The notes beneath the pieces were generated by a model. It had not been told where the DNA came from. It worked only from the letters and a program-made list of their open reading frames with translations, and did no database searches. Both the position numbers and the translations under genes were made by a program. Of a stretch of DNA of 64,000 bases, positions 54,327 to 62,314 are shown piece by piece; position 1 is the first letter of the stretch; each line of letters begins with the position of its first letter. Source of the stretch: an uncultured Acidimicrobiales bacterium (GTDB lineage Bacteria > Actinomycetota > Acidimicrobiia > Acidimicrobiales > Aldehydirespiratoraceae); contig CATQHS010000001.1 in assembly GCA_958296055.1 (NCBI GenBank), positions 579,808 to 643,807 on the forward strand, read 5' to 3'.

Positions 54327-55505
54327 TCAGGCCGCCCGCCGGGTCAGGGCCAGACCGTTGTCGCGCATGATCATCCTCTTCTCCCCCTCGGAGAACCCGT
54401 CGAGGTCGGCCGCGAACGATATCGGGTCGGCCAGGCCCTCGGCGTGGGGGAAGTCCGACCCGAACAGCATGTGGCCGGCCCCGATGACGTCCCGCAGGGC
54501 GGTCAGGTCGTCCTCGTAGTAGGGCGACACCCACACCTGGCGGCAGAAGGCGTCCACCGGGTCCTCGGCGAAGGCCGACCGCTGCTGGCGGTACACCTTC
54601 TCCATTTTGCGGATCAGGGGCCCGACCCAGTCCGAGCCGGTCTCGATGGTGGCCACCCGCAGGTTCGGGTGCCGGGTCAGCACCCCTTCGGCGATGAGCG
54701 ACGACACCGCATCGGAGATGGGCGAGTAGGTGATCAGGCTCTTGAGCGGGCTGAACCGGAACGACTCGAATTCGCGGTCGAGGCCCCAGTTCTCCAGCGC
54801 GAACCCGTACCCGGAGTCGCCGGAGTGCATGGCCACGGTGACGCCGGCCCGGTCGAGCTTCCGCCAGACGGGCTCGTGGGCCTCATGGCCCAGCGACCGG
54901 CGCCGCCCGCCGATGCCGGCCACCGACGCGGGCCGCACGTTCACCACCCTCACGTCTTGGTCGATCAGCCAGTCGAGCTCATCGAGGGCCCAGTCGGGGT
55001 CGGCCAGGGTGAGATAGCCAGCCGCGAACAGCCGCTCGTCGTGGGCGAACCCCCAGTCGTCGGCCAACCAGCGGTTGAACCCGCCGAAGGCGGCGGTCAA
55101 GGCCCCGAGGTCGTCCTCCAGGGCCGCTTCCATCCCCACCCCCAGCGTCGGGAACAAAAAGCACGCCTCCAGCCCCTGAGAGTCCATGAGCTCGAGGCGG
55201 CGCCGGCGGTCTCGGAAGGCGGCGGGCAGGGGCACCAGCTCGCCGAAGGCCTCGCGCATGTCGGCCCGGGCCACCCGGCCCCGGAAGTAGTCGTCCAAAC
55301 AGCCGGGCCGGGCCACTGGGTCGAAGGTGGGGTTGGGGATGAACCGGTTGATGCGCCCGGCCACCAGCAGCCGGTCGCGCCCGTCGATGGTGGCCCACTG
55401 CATGCAGCGCTTGCGCATCTCAGGGGCGACGTGGCGGGTGAAGGCGTCGACAGCCTCGTAGTAGTGGTTGTCGGCGTCGAAGGCGGCGAAGTCGACCGCG
55501 GCCAT
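54327..55505 (-). CDS. amidohydrolase-2 family metal-dependent hydrolase
   Basis: The N-terminus has AFDADNHYYE and the C-terminus has LFGSDFPHAEG. RBS GAAGGAGG lies before ATG 55505. Confidence 0.75.
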   Translation of the reverse strand: MAAVDFAAFDADNHYYEAVDAFTRHVAPEMRKRCMQWATIDGRDRLLVAGRINRFIPNPTFDPVARPGCLDDYFRGRVARADMREAFGELVPLPAAFRDRRRRLELMDSQGLEACFLFPTLGVGMEAALEDDLGALTAAFGGFNRWLADDWGFAHDERLFAAGYLTLADPDWALDELDWLIDQDVRVVNVRPASVAGIGGRRRSLGHEAHEPVWRKLDRAGVTVAMHSGDSGYGFALENWGLDREFESFRFSPLKSLITYSPISDAVSSLIAEGVLTRHPNLRVATIETGSDWVGPLIRKMEKVYRQQRSAFAEDPVDAFCRQVWVSPYYEDDLTALRDVIGAGHMLFGSDFPHAEGLADPISFAADLDGFSEGEKRMIMRDNGLALTRRAA

Positions 55506-55640
55506 GGCGGGGCCTCCTTCTTTCGGGAGGGGCTCGCGACGGAGTTTCGGCCGAGAGTCTACGGGCCGCCGGCGGCAGGCCGCGGGCGCAGGAGGCGCAG
55601 CGCCCTCGGGTCCGCGCCGCCAACCTACGATGGGCCCGCG

Positions 55641-56285
55641 ATGGGGTCGAGTCCAGCCGTTGCCGGGTGGTGGAGGTGGGCCGGGCTGGCCGCGGCGGTG
55701 GCGGCTGCGGGCGCGGCCGGCGGGGCCTGCAGCATCGAGTCGGTCATCGGCGTCGAGCCGGTGGCCGACCCGGCCGCCGCGGTAGCGGCCAGAACCGAGA
55801 CCGCAGCCCCGACCACCGCGCCCCCCGACGACAGCAACGACGACAGCGACGGCGACGGTGACGAGGAGATCAGCCCCTTGGACATCTCGGGCGAGATCAT
55901 CAGCCAGTACGACTTGGTCTCCGGCGAATGCTTCAACCAGGTCGACAACATCAGAGCCGGTCGCAAGGTGACGATCACCTCGCGCCTGGACTGCGACCAG
56001 CCCCACTGGGCCGAGGTGTTCCACACCTTTGAGGTGGACGCCCCCCATCCGGCCATCTACCCGGGCGACAGAGCCATGGAGGACCTGGCCCGGCGGGGAT
56101 GCTACGAGCGGTTCGAAAGCTTCGTGGGCCAGATCTACGAGCTGTCGGAGTTCCGGATCGGCGTCTTCATCCCCAGCCGCAGCAACTTCGAGCATCCCGA
56201 GGCCCGCTACCGGAGAATTCACTGCTGGCTGTACCGCGGCTTAGAGGAGACGATCGAGGGATCGGTCCGGGGACTGGGGATCTGA
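55641..56285 (+). CDS. secreted lipoprotein, septum-formation-family-like domain
   Basis: Signal/lipobox-like AAGAAGGAC. The pattern GECFNQ...LDCDQPHWAEVFH matches the Cys-x...C..PH..EV pattern of that family. Confidence 0.45.
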   Translation: MGSSPAVAGWWRWAGLAAAVAAAGAAGGACSIESVIGVEPVADPAAAVAARTETAAPTTAPPDDSNDDSDGDGDEEISPLDISGEIISQYDLVSGECFNQVDNIRAGRKVTITSRLDCDQPHWAEVFHTFEVDAPHPAIYPGDRAMEDLARRGCYERFESFVGQIYELSEFRIGVFIPSRSNFEHPEARYRRIHCWLYRGLEETIEGSVRGLGI

Positions 56286-56335
56286 CCGGGGGGATCTGAC
56301 CGGGGGGATCTGACCGGGGGGATCTGACCGGGGGG
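56274..56335 (+). repeat. 14-bp tandem repeat x4 (GGGGGGATCTGACC) starting at the stop codon
   Basis: Copies at 56274-56287 (variant), 56288-56301, 56302-56315 and 56316-56329, followed by a terminal G6. The first copy contains the TGA at 56283-56285. Confidence 0.9.
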
Positions 56336-56373
56336 TCCACCGATGCCCTCAGACCCGAAATTACTCTCGCCCC

Positions 56374-57177
56374 ATGGAGTTCCTCTCGATGGCTGCCATC
56401 GCGCCGGTGGCGGCGTTCGCCGCGGTGGGGCTGGTCGCGGGCGGGATCAGGCGGGGCAAGCTGGCGTCGCTGGCCCGGAGCCGGCCCCGGCTTTGGCCTC
56501 TGGCCGCCGTCGCGGTGGCCGCCACCGCGGCGGCCGACGTTTTCGGCGATGCCTTCGGGGGCTTCGAGATGGCGGGCATTTCCGGCCCTGTCATGGTGGC
56601 CCTGGTCGGCATGGGGGCCGGTCTCGCCTTCGTCTCCTTCAACCTCATGGTGGGCGGCATGGCCGTGGTCGGGGTGGGGATCGCGGCCAACCTGGTTCCC
56701 CTGGTGGCCAACCAGGCCACCCCCGTCCGGGCCGACGGGCTGGTGAAGGCCGGCATCGTCGCCGCCGAGGACATGGACCGGGCCGTGCTGGGCGGGCCTC
56801 GGGAGATAGCCGACTCCGGCACCGTCTTGGAGATCCTCGGCGACGTGATCCCGGTTCCCGATCTGGGCTTGGTCGTGAGCTTCGGCGACCTGATAGTGCT
56901 GGTCGGGCTGGCCGCGGTGGTTCACAACCTCATGCGCCGCCACCCCGCGAGGCCACTGCCCCGAGGCGCCGGACAAGCCCTGGCCGCCCTGAGCATGAGC
57001 CCGAACCCAAGCCCGACACCGGCCGCCGAACCCGCCCTGAGCATGAGCCCAAGCCCGACACCGACAGCCGAACCCGCCCTGAGCATGAGCCCAAGCCCGA
57101 CACCGACAGCCGAACCCGCCCTGAGCATGAACATGAACCCGAGCCTGACACCGGCCGCCGAGCCGGTCAGGGGCTGA
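56374..57177 (+). CDS. membrane protein resembling the DUF5317 family, with a 14-residue C-terminal tandem repeat
   Basis: Family pattern ANLVPLVANQATPV...LGDVIPVPDLGLVVSFGDLIVLVG. The C-terminal ALSMSPSPTPTAEP x about 4 is encoded by a 42-bp repeat at 56986-57165. Confidence 0.45.
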   Translation: MEFLSMAAIAPVAAFAAVGLVAGGIRRGKLASLARSRPRLWPLAAVAVAATAAADVFGDAFGGFEMAGISGPVMVALVGMGAGLAFVSFNLMVGGMAVVGVGIAANLVPLVANQATPVRADGLVKAGIVAAEDMDRAVLGGPREIADSGTVLEILGDVIPVPDLGLVVSFGDLIVLVGLAAVVHNLMRRHPARPLPRGAGQALAALSMSPNPSPTPAAEPALSMSPSPTPTAEPALSMSPSPTPTAEPALSMNMNPSLTPAAEPVRG

Positions 57178-57646
57178 TGTCGAGGGGTTGATCGGGCAGG
57201 TCGCCGGCCGCCACCGCGGGCAGGAACTCCCGCAGCCTCTCCGGCACGGTCGGCTCGTCGTTGTCGAGCAGCTCGTCGATCCCCCACCACCGGGCAGAGA
57301 TGAAGGCGGCCGCCTCCAGGGCTTCGAGCCCCTGAGGCCGGAACTCGCCGCCGTCACAGCGGGCCACGTGGATGCGCTCGCTGGACTGGAACCCGATGCC
57401 GCAGAACGTGTACTCCACGTACTGGGTCCACACGCAGGGCCCCATCTCCACCTCGGTGATGCCAGTCTCCTCCCGCAGTTCCCGCAGGCAGGCCGCGGCG
57501 GAGTCCTCGCCCGGGCCCACGCCCCCGCCGGGGATCTCCAGCCACTCCGGCTTGTGGGGATCGATCGGGTCCTCCGAGCGGATCAGAAACACCCGGCCGG
57601 CCCGGTCCAGCAGCACGCACCGGGCCGCGGGCCGCCTGAGCAGCAC
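57167..57646 (-). CDS. NUDIX hydrolase
   Basis: Nudix box GGGVGPGEDSAAACLRELREETGI. Confidence 0.85.
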   Translation of the reverse strand: MLLRRPAARCVLLDRAGRVFLIRSEDPIDPHKPEWLEIPGGGVGPGEDSAAACLRELREETGITEVEMGPCVWTQYVEYTFCGIGFQSSERIHVARCDGGEFRPQGLEALEAAAFISARWWGIDELLDNDEPTVPERLREFLPAVAAGDLPDQPLDISP

Positions 57647-57665
57647 GGGTCGGGCCCCGGGGCTG

Positions 57666-58001
57666 TCAGACCGCCGCCGGGCGGTGCCGCACGGCCGAGA
57701 CGACCCTGATGGCGACCCGGGCGCCGGGCCCGGGCTCGCCTTCCACGGCGGCCGCGCCGTCGGCGATGAGGCTGTAGCCGTCGGCGGCCGGGGGCCACAG
57801 CACGCACACGTCGGGCCGGGCCGCGGCGTTGGCCGCCGCTCCCCGCCCGACCGCGGCGGTGATGGTGCCGTCGGCAGCCACGGCCACGGCCACGTGGATC
57901 ACCCGGGGCCGGCCGTCGGAGCCGACGGTGAGCACGTAGGCGGCCGGCCCGTGCTGAGCCGCCACCTCCGCCAGCTCACCGGGCGCCACCGCAATGCTCA
58001 C
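57666..58001 (-). CDS. small pyridoxamine-5'-phosphate-oxidase-like (split-barrel) protein
   Basis: 111 aa. YVLTVGSDGRPRVIHVAV is typical of PPOX-fold proteins. This is a weak assignment. Confidence 0.4.
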   Translation of the reverse strand: MSIAVAPGELAEVAAQHGPAAYVLTVGSDGRPRVIHVAVAVAADGTITAAVGRGAAANAAARPDVCVLWPPAADGYSLIADGAAAVEGEPGPGARVAIRVVSAVRHRPAAV

Positions 58002-58055
58002 GGCTCCCCATGTTAGGGGTCTCGGGCTGTTAGGGGTCCCGGGCCTCTCGGGGCG

Positions 58056-59246
58056 TTACCGGCCTCTCAGGTGGGCCATGAGATCGCCGCGCCGCCCATA
58101 GCGCACGCCCTCGACGCCGACGAAGCGGGCCAGCTCCTCCAGCCGGGGCCGGATCCGCTCGGCCACCGCGCCCCGGTCGGTGCCGGGCTCGGCGAAGGCG
58201 CCCAGCACCCGCAGCACCCCGGCGGCCCGGTCGGTCTTTAGATCCAAGCGCCCCACCAGCGAGTCGCCCACCAGCACCGGCAGCACGTAGTAGCCGTACA
58301 CCCGCTTGGCCGCCGGGGTGTAGATCTCGATCCGGTACTCGAAGTCCCACAGCCGAGCAGCCCGGTCCCGCTTCCACACCACCGGGTCGAAGGGCGACAG
58401 CACCGTGGCCGCGTCCACGGTCCGGGGGAGCCGGGCCTCCGGGTGCCGGTAGGCCCGCTCGCCCCAGCCCTGGACTTCGACGGTCTCCAGCTCGCCCGCC
58501 TCTACCGCCTCTGACAGCCGAGCCCGGCCGTCGCGGACCGGCATCCGGTAGTAGTCGATCAGGTCGGCGGCCGTGCCCACCCCCAGGGCCCGGGCCGACC
58601 GCACCAGCAGGGCCCGCTGGGCGTCGGCCGGGTCGGGGTCGGGCTCGGCCAGAACCCGAGCCGGCACCACTCGCTCGATCAGGTCGTACTCCTTGACGAA
58701 GTTGCCGCGTCGCCGCACCCCCACCGCGCCGGTGCGGAACAGCCACTCCAAGGCCAGAGAACCCAGCGAGCGGCTCCCCCACCACTGGCCGGACCGGGGC
58801 CGGGGATCGGCGAGCTGGCCCGCGGCGAGGGGGCGCTCGGCCACCTGGGCCAGCACCTCGCCCACGTAGCCGGGCTCGGTGCGGGCCACGCGGACCAGGC
58901 TCTTCCAGGTGCGGCCCTCCGCCGCCCGCCGCTTCTCCCACCGCAGCAGGGGCTCATCGGTCACCGGCGCCAGCGAGGCCTCGTGGGCCCAGGTTTCGAA
59001 CCACTCCCCGTCCCGGTAGGCGAGGCGGTCCAAGAGGTCGGCCGGGTAGGCCCCCAGGCGGGAGAAGCCGGGCAGGTACTGGGTGCGGATCACCGCCGGC
59101 ACCGAGTCGATCTGCAGCAGGTTGAGCCGGCCCATGACCCGGCGGAGATGGCGCCGGTCCACCCGGCCGGCCGGGGAGGGGTCGGCGAAGCCCTGGGCGG
59201 CCAGGGCCATGCGGCGGGCCTCGGCAATGGACAGGCCGCCGCTCAC
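58056..59246 (-). CDS. winged-helix DNA glycosylase, YcaQ/AlkZ (DUF1006) family
   Basis: N-terminal pattern ARRMALAAQGF...LNLLQIDSVPAVIRTQYL. A C-terminal YGYYVLP motif is present. Confidence 0.7.
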   Translation of the reverse strand: MSGGLSIAEARRMALAAQGFADPSPAGRVDRRHLRRVMGRLNLLQIDSVPAVIRTQYLPGFSRLGAYPADLLDRLAYRDGEWFETWAHEASLAPVTDEPLLRWEKRRAAEGRTWKSLVRVARTEPGYVGEVLAQVAERPLAAGQLADPRPRSGQWWGSRSLGSLALEWLFRTGAVGVRRRGNFVKEYDLIERVVPARVLAEPDPDPADAQRALLVRSARALGVGTAADLIDYYRMPVRDGRARLSEAVEAGELETVEVQGWGERAYRHPEARLPRTVDAATVLSPFDPVVWKRDRAARLWDFEYRIEIYTPAAKRVYGYYVLPVLVGDSLVGRLDLKTDRAAGVLRVLGAFAEPGTDRGAVAERIRPRLEELARFVGVEGVRYGRRGDLMAHLRGR

Positions 59247-59321
59247 GGGCCGCCCGGCTCGCTCATTCCCGCCTCGCCGCCCGCCGGAGCGCTCAATCGC
59301 CGCCGCCCGCCGCCGGCTGGG

Positions 59322-62294
59322 TCAGACCACCAGGGTGATCATGCGGCCCGGCACGTAGATCCGCCGGTGAGGGTCTCGGCCCCCCAGATGGGCGGCGACG
59401 TTGGGCTCGACCAGGGCCGCGGCCACCGCCTCGGCCTCGCCGGCGTCGGCCGGGATCATCACCCGGCCCCGGACCTTGCCGTTCACCTGCACCGGCACCT
59501 CCACGGTGTCGTCGACCAGCCAGGCCTCCTCCGCGGCCGGGAAGGCGGCCCGGGTCACCGAGCCCTGGCCGCCGAGGCGGTGCCACAGCTCCTCGGCGAA
59601 GTGCGGGGCCAGCGGGGCCAGCATCCGCACCATGGCGTCGGCCGTCTCCCGGGGGGCGGGGCCGGGCCGGCGGGTCAGCTCGTTGTTCAGCTCGGTGATC
59701 TTGGCGATGGCGGTGTTGAACCGCAGCCCCTCCATGTCGGAGCGGACCCCGGCGATGGTGCGGTGCATCACCCGGCGCAGGTCGTCGCCGGCCGGCTCGC
59801 CGCCCACCCGCAGTTCGCCGGTGTGCTCGTCGACCATGTTGCGCCACACCCGCTGCAGCATCCGCTGCGACCCCACCACCGAGCGGGTCTCCCAGGGCCG
59901 GTCCTGGTCGATGGGGCCCATGGACATCTCGTAGAGCCGCAGCGTGTCGGCCCCGTAGGCCGCGTACATGTCGTCGGGGGTCACCGAGTTCTTCAGCGAC
60001 TTGCCCATCTTGCCGAACGCCCGGGCGACGGGCCGGCCCCGGTGGGTGAAACCGGCCGCGGCCGAGCCCTCCACCTCCTCGGCGGGCACGTACACGCCCC
60101 GGTCGTCCTGGTAGGCCGCGGCTTGGATGTAGCCCTGGTTGACCAGCCGGCGGAACGGCTCGGGCCCCGACACGTAACCCAAGTCGTAGAGGACCTTGTG
60201 CCAGAACCGGGCGTAGAGCAGATGCAGCACGGCGTGCTCCACCCCGCCCACGTACAGGTCCACCCCGCCGGGCCCGCCCGGAGCGGGGTCGGCCATCCAG
60301 TAGCGCTCGACCTCGGGGGCGACCAGGGCCTCGGAGTTGGCCGGGTCGAGGTAGCGCAGGTAGTACCAGCACGACCCGGCCCACTGGGGCATGGTGTTGA
60401 GCTCCCGGCGGTAGCGGCGGGGGCCGTCGCCCAAGTCGAGCTCGACGTCGGCCCAGCCCGGCACCCGCCCCAGGGGCAGCTCCGGCTCGGAGTCCTCGTC
60501 CAGGGCCCGGGGGGCCCAGTCGTCCAGGTCGGGCAGCTCCAACGGCAGCTCGCTCTCAGGCAGGGCCACGGGCAGGCCGTGGTCGTCGAAGACGATGGGG
60601 AACGGCTCGCCCCAGTAGCGCTGGCGGCTGAACAGCCAGTCCCGCAGCTTGTAGGTGACCGCGCCCGAACCCGACCCGTTCGCCTCCAGCCACTCGATGA
60701 TGCGGGCCTTGGCCGCGGCCACGCCGAGGCCGTCGAGGAATCCAGAGTTTATGGACGGGCCCTCGCCGGAGTAGGCCTGGCCGGCGGGGTGGCCGGGCGG
60801 GGGCTGCACGGTGCGGATGATCTCCAGGCCGTACTTCTCGGCCAGCTCCCAGTCCCGCTGGTCCTCCCCCGGCACCCCCATGACCGCGCCGGTGCCGTAG
60901 TCCATCAGCACGTAGTCGGCCACGAACACCGGGATGCGGCTGCCGTTGACGCCGACGACCGCGTCGCAGCCCAGATACACCGCGGTCTTGTTTCGGTCAT
61001 CGGCCCGCTCGGCGGCGGCCATCTGAGCGGCGCGGGCCCGGTAGCCGGCCACCGCCTCGGCCGGGGTGGCCGCGCCGCCGGTCCAGGCCGAGGGGGTGCC
61101 GTCGGGCCAGGCCGGGGCCAAGAGCGCGTCCACCAGCGGGTGCTCGGGGGCCAGCGCCATGAAGGTGGTGCCGAACACCGTGTCGGGCCGGGTGGTGAAC
61201 ACCTCGATCTCGGCCTTCCCGGCCCCCGGCCCCGCGGACGAGGCCTCGGGGGGCGCGGTCGGAAAGGAGACGAACGCGCCGGCGGAGCGGCCGATCCAGT
61301 TGCGCTGCATGGTCTTGATCGAGTCGGACCACTCCAGCAGGTCGAGGTCCTCCAGCAGCCGGTCGGCGTAGGCAGTTATGCGCATCATCCACTGCTTGAG
61401 CGGGCGCCTGAACACCGGGTGGTTGCCCCGCTCGGACCGGCCCTCGGCCGTCACCTCCTCGTTGGCCAGCACCGTGCCCAGGGCCGGGCACCAGTTGACC
61501 GGCACCTCGGCCACATAGGCCAGCCGGCGGTCGTCGATGACCCGCCGCCGGGCCGTCTCGTCGAGGGCGCCCCAGTCCTCCGCCTCGGATCCGCCGGGCG
61601 AGGCCGCGCCGCCGGGGGGGCGGGTGTCGCCGGGGGTGCGGGCCCCGGCGTCGAGCTCGGCGATCAGCTCGGCAATGGGCCGGGCCCGGCTCTGGACGGG
61701 ATCGAACCAACTGTTGAAGATCTGCAGGAAGATCCACTGAGTCCAGCGGTAGTAGTCGACGTCGGTGGTGGCGATGGCCCGGCGCTTGTCGTGGCCGAGC
61801 CCGAGCCGGTCGAGCTGGCGGGACATGTTGGCGATGTTGGCCTCGGTGTTGGCCCGGGGGTGCTGGCCGGTCTGGCGGGCGTGCTCTTCGGCCGGGAGCC
61901 CGAAGGCGTCGAAGCCCATGGTGTGCAAGACGTTGAACCCGGTCATCCGCTTGAACCGGGCGTACACGTCGGTGGCGATGTAGCCGAGGGGATGGCCTAC
62001 GTGCAGCCCCGACCCCGACGGGTACGGGAACATGTCCATGATGAACAGCTTGGGCCGCCCGGCGGCGGCCTCGGCCGCCTCGGCGCCGGCGGCCAGGGGG
62101 CCCGAGGGGTTGGGCGTCTCGTAGATCCGCTCTCGGGCCCACCAGTCCTGCCAGCGGGCCTCGATCTCGCCGGCCAAAGCGGCGTCGTAGCGCTGCGGGG
62201 GCGTGTCGGACGAGGGCGTGTCGGACGAGGGCGTGTCGGACGAGGGCGTGTCGGACGAGGGCGTGTCGGACGGGGATGCGTCGGGTTGGGCCAT
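59322..62294 (-). CDS. leuS: leucine--tRNA ligase
   Basis: Pattern [17 protein letters not shown] (HIGH-type) and KMGKS. The editing-domain length is as expected. The N-terminus carries an (SDTPS)x4-5 repeat. Confidence 0.95.
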   Translation of the reverse strand: MAQPDASPSDTPSSDTPSSDTPSSDTPSSDTPPQRYDAALAGEIEARWQDWWARERIYETPNPSGPLAAGAEAAEAAAGRPKLFIMDMFPYPSGSGLHVGHPLGYIATDVYARFKRMTGFNVLHTMGFDAFGLPAEEHARQTGQHPRANTEANIANMSRQLDRLGLGHDKRRAIATTDVDYYRWTQWIFLQIFNSWFDPVQSRARPIAELIAELDAGARTPGDTRPPGGAASPGGSEAEDWGALDETARRRVIDDRRLAYVAEVPVNWCPALGTVLANEEVTAEGRSERGNHPVFRRPLKQWMMRITAYADRLLEDLDLLEWSDSIKTMQRNWIGRSAGAFVSFPTAPPEASSAGPGAGKAEIEVFTTRPDTVFGTTFMALAPEHPLVDALLAPAWPDGTPSAWTGGAATPAEAVAGYRARAAQMAAAERADDRNKTAVYLGCDAVVGVNGSRIPVFVADYVLMDYGTGAVMGVPGEDQRDWELAEKYGLEIIRTVQPPPGHPAGQAYSGEGPSINSGFLDGLGVAAAKARIIEWLEANGSGSGAVTYKLRDWLFSRQRYWGEPFPIVFDDHGLPVALPESELPLELPDLDDWAPRALDEDSEPELPLGRVPGWADVELDLGDGPRRYRRELNTMPQWAGSCWYYLRYLDPANSEALVAPEVERYWMADPAPGGPGGVDLYVGGVEHAVLHLLYARFWHKVLYDLGYVSGPEPFRRLVNQGYIQAAAYQDDRGVYVPAEEVEGSAAAGFTHRGRPVARAFGKMGKSLKNSVTPDDMYAAYGADTLRLYEMSMGPIDQDRPWETRSVVGSQRMLQRVWRNMVDEHTGELRVGGEPAGDDLRRVMHRTIAGVRSDMEGLRFNTAIAKITELNNELTRRPGPAPRETADAMVRMLAPLAPHFAEELWHRLGGQGSVTRAAFPAAEEAWLVDDTVEVPVQVNGKVRGRVMIPADAGEAEAVAAALVEPNVAAHLGGRDPHRRIYVPGRMITLVV

Positions 62295-62314
62295 GACCGC
62301 AGGTTAGGGAGTTC

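Noticed and set aside
56274-56335. CRISPR array? The same question applies to the repeats at 62201-62275, 8690-9180 and 23886-24024.
   Set aside because: The repeats are directly tandem with no unique spacers. The units are 13-42 bp. No cas genes are present. Several of the repeats lie inside coding sequence.
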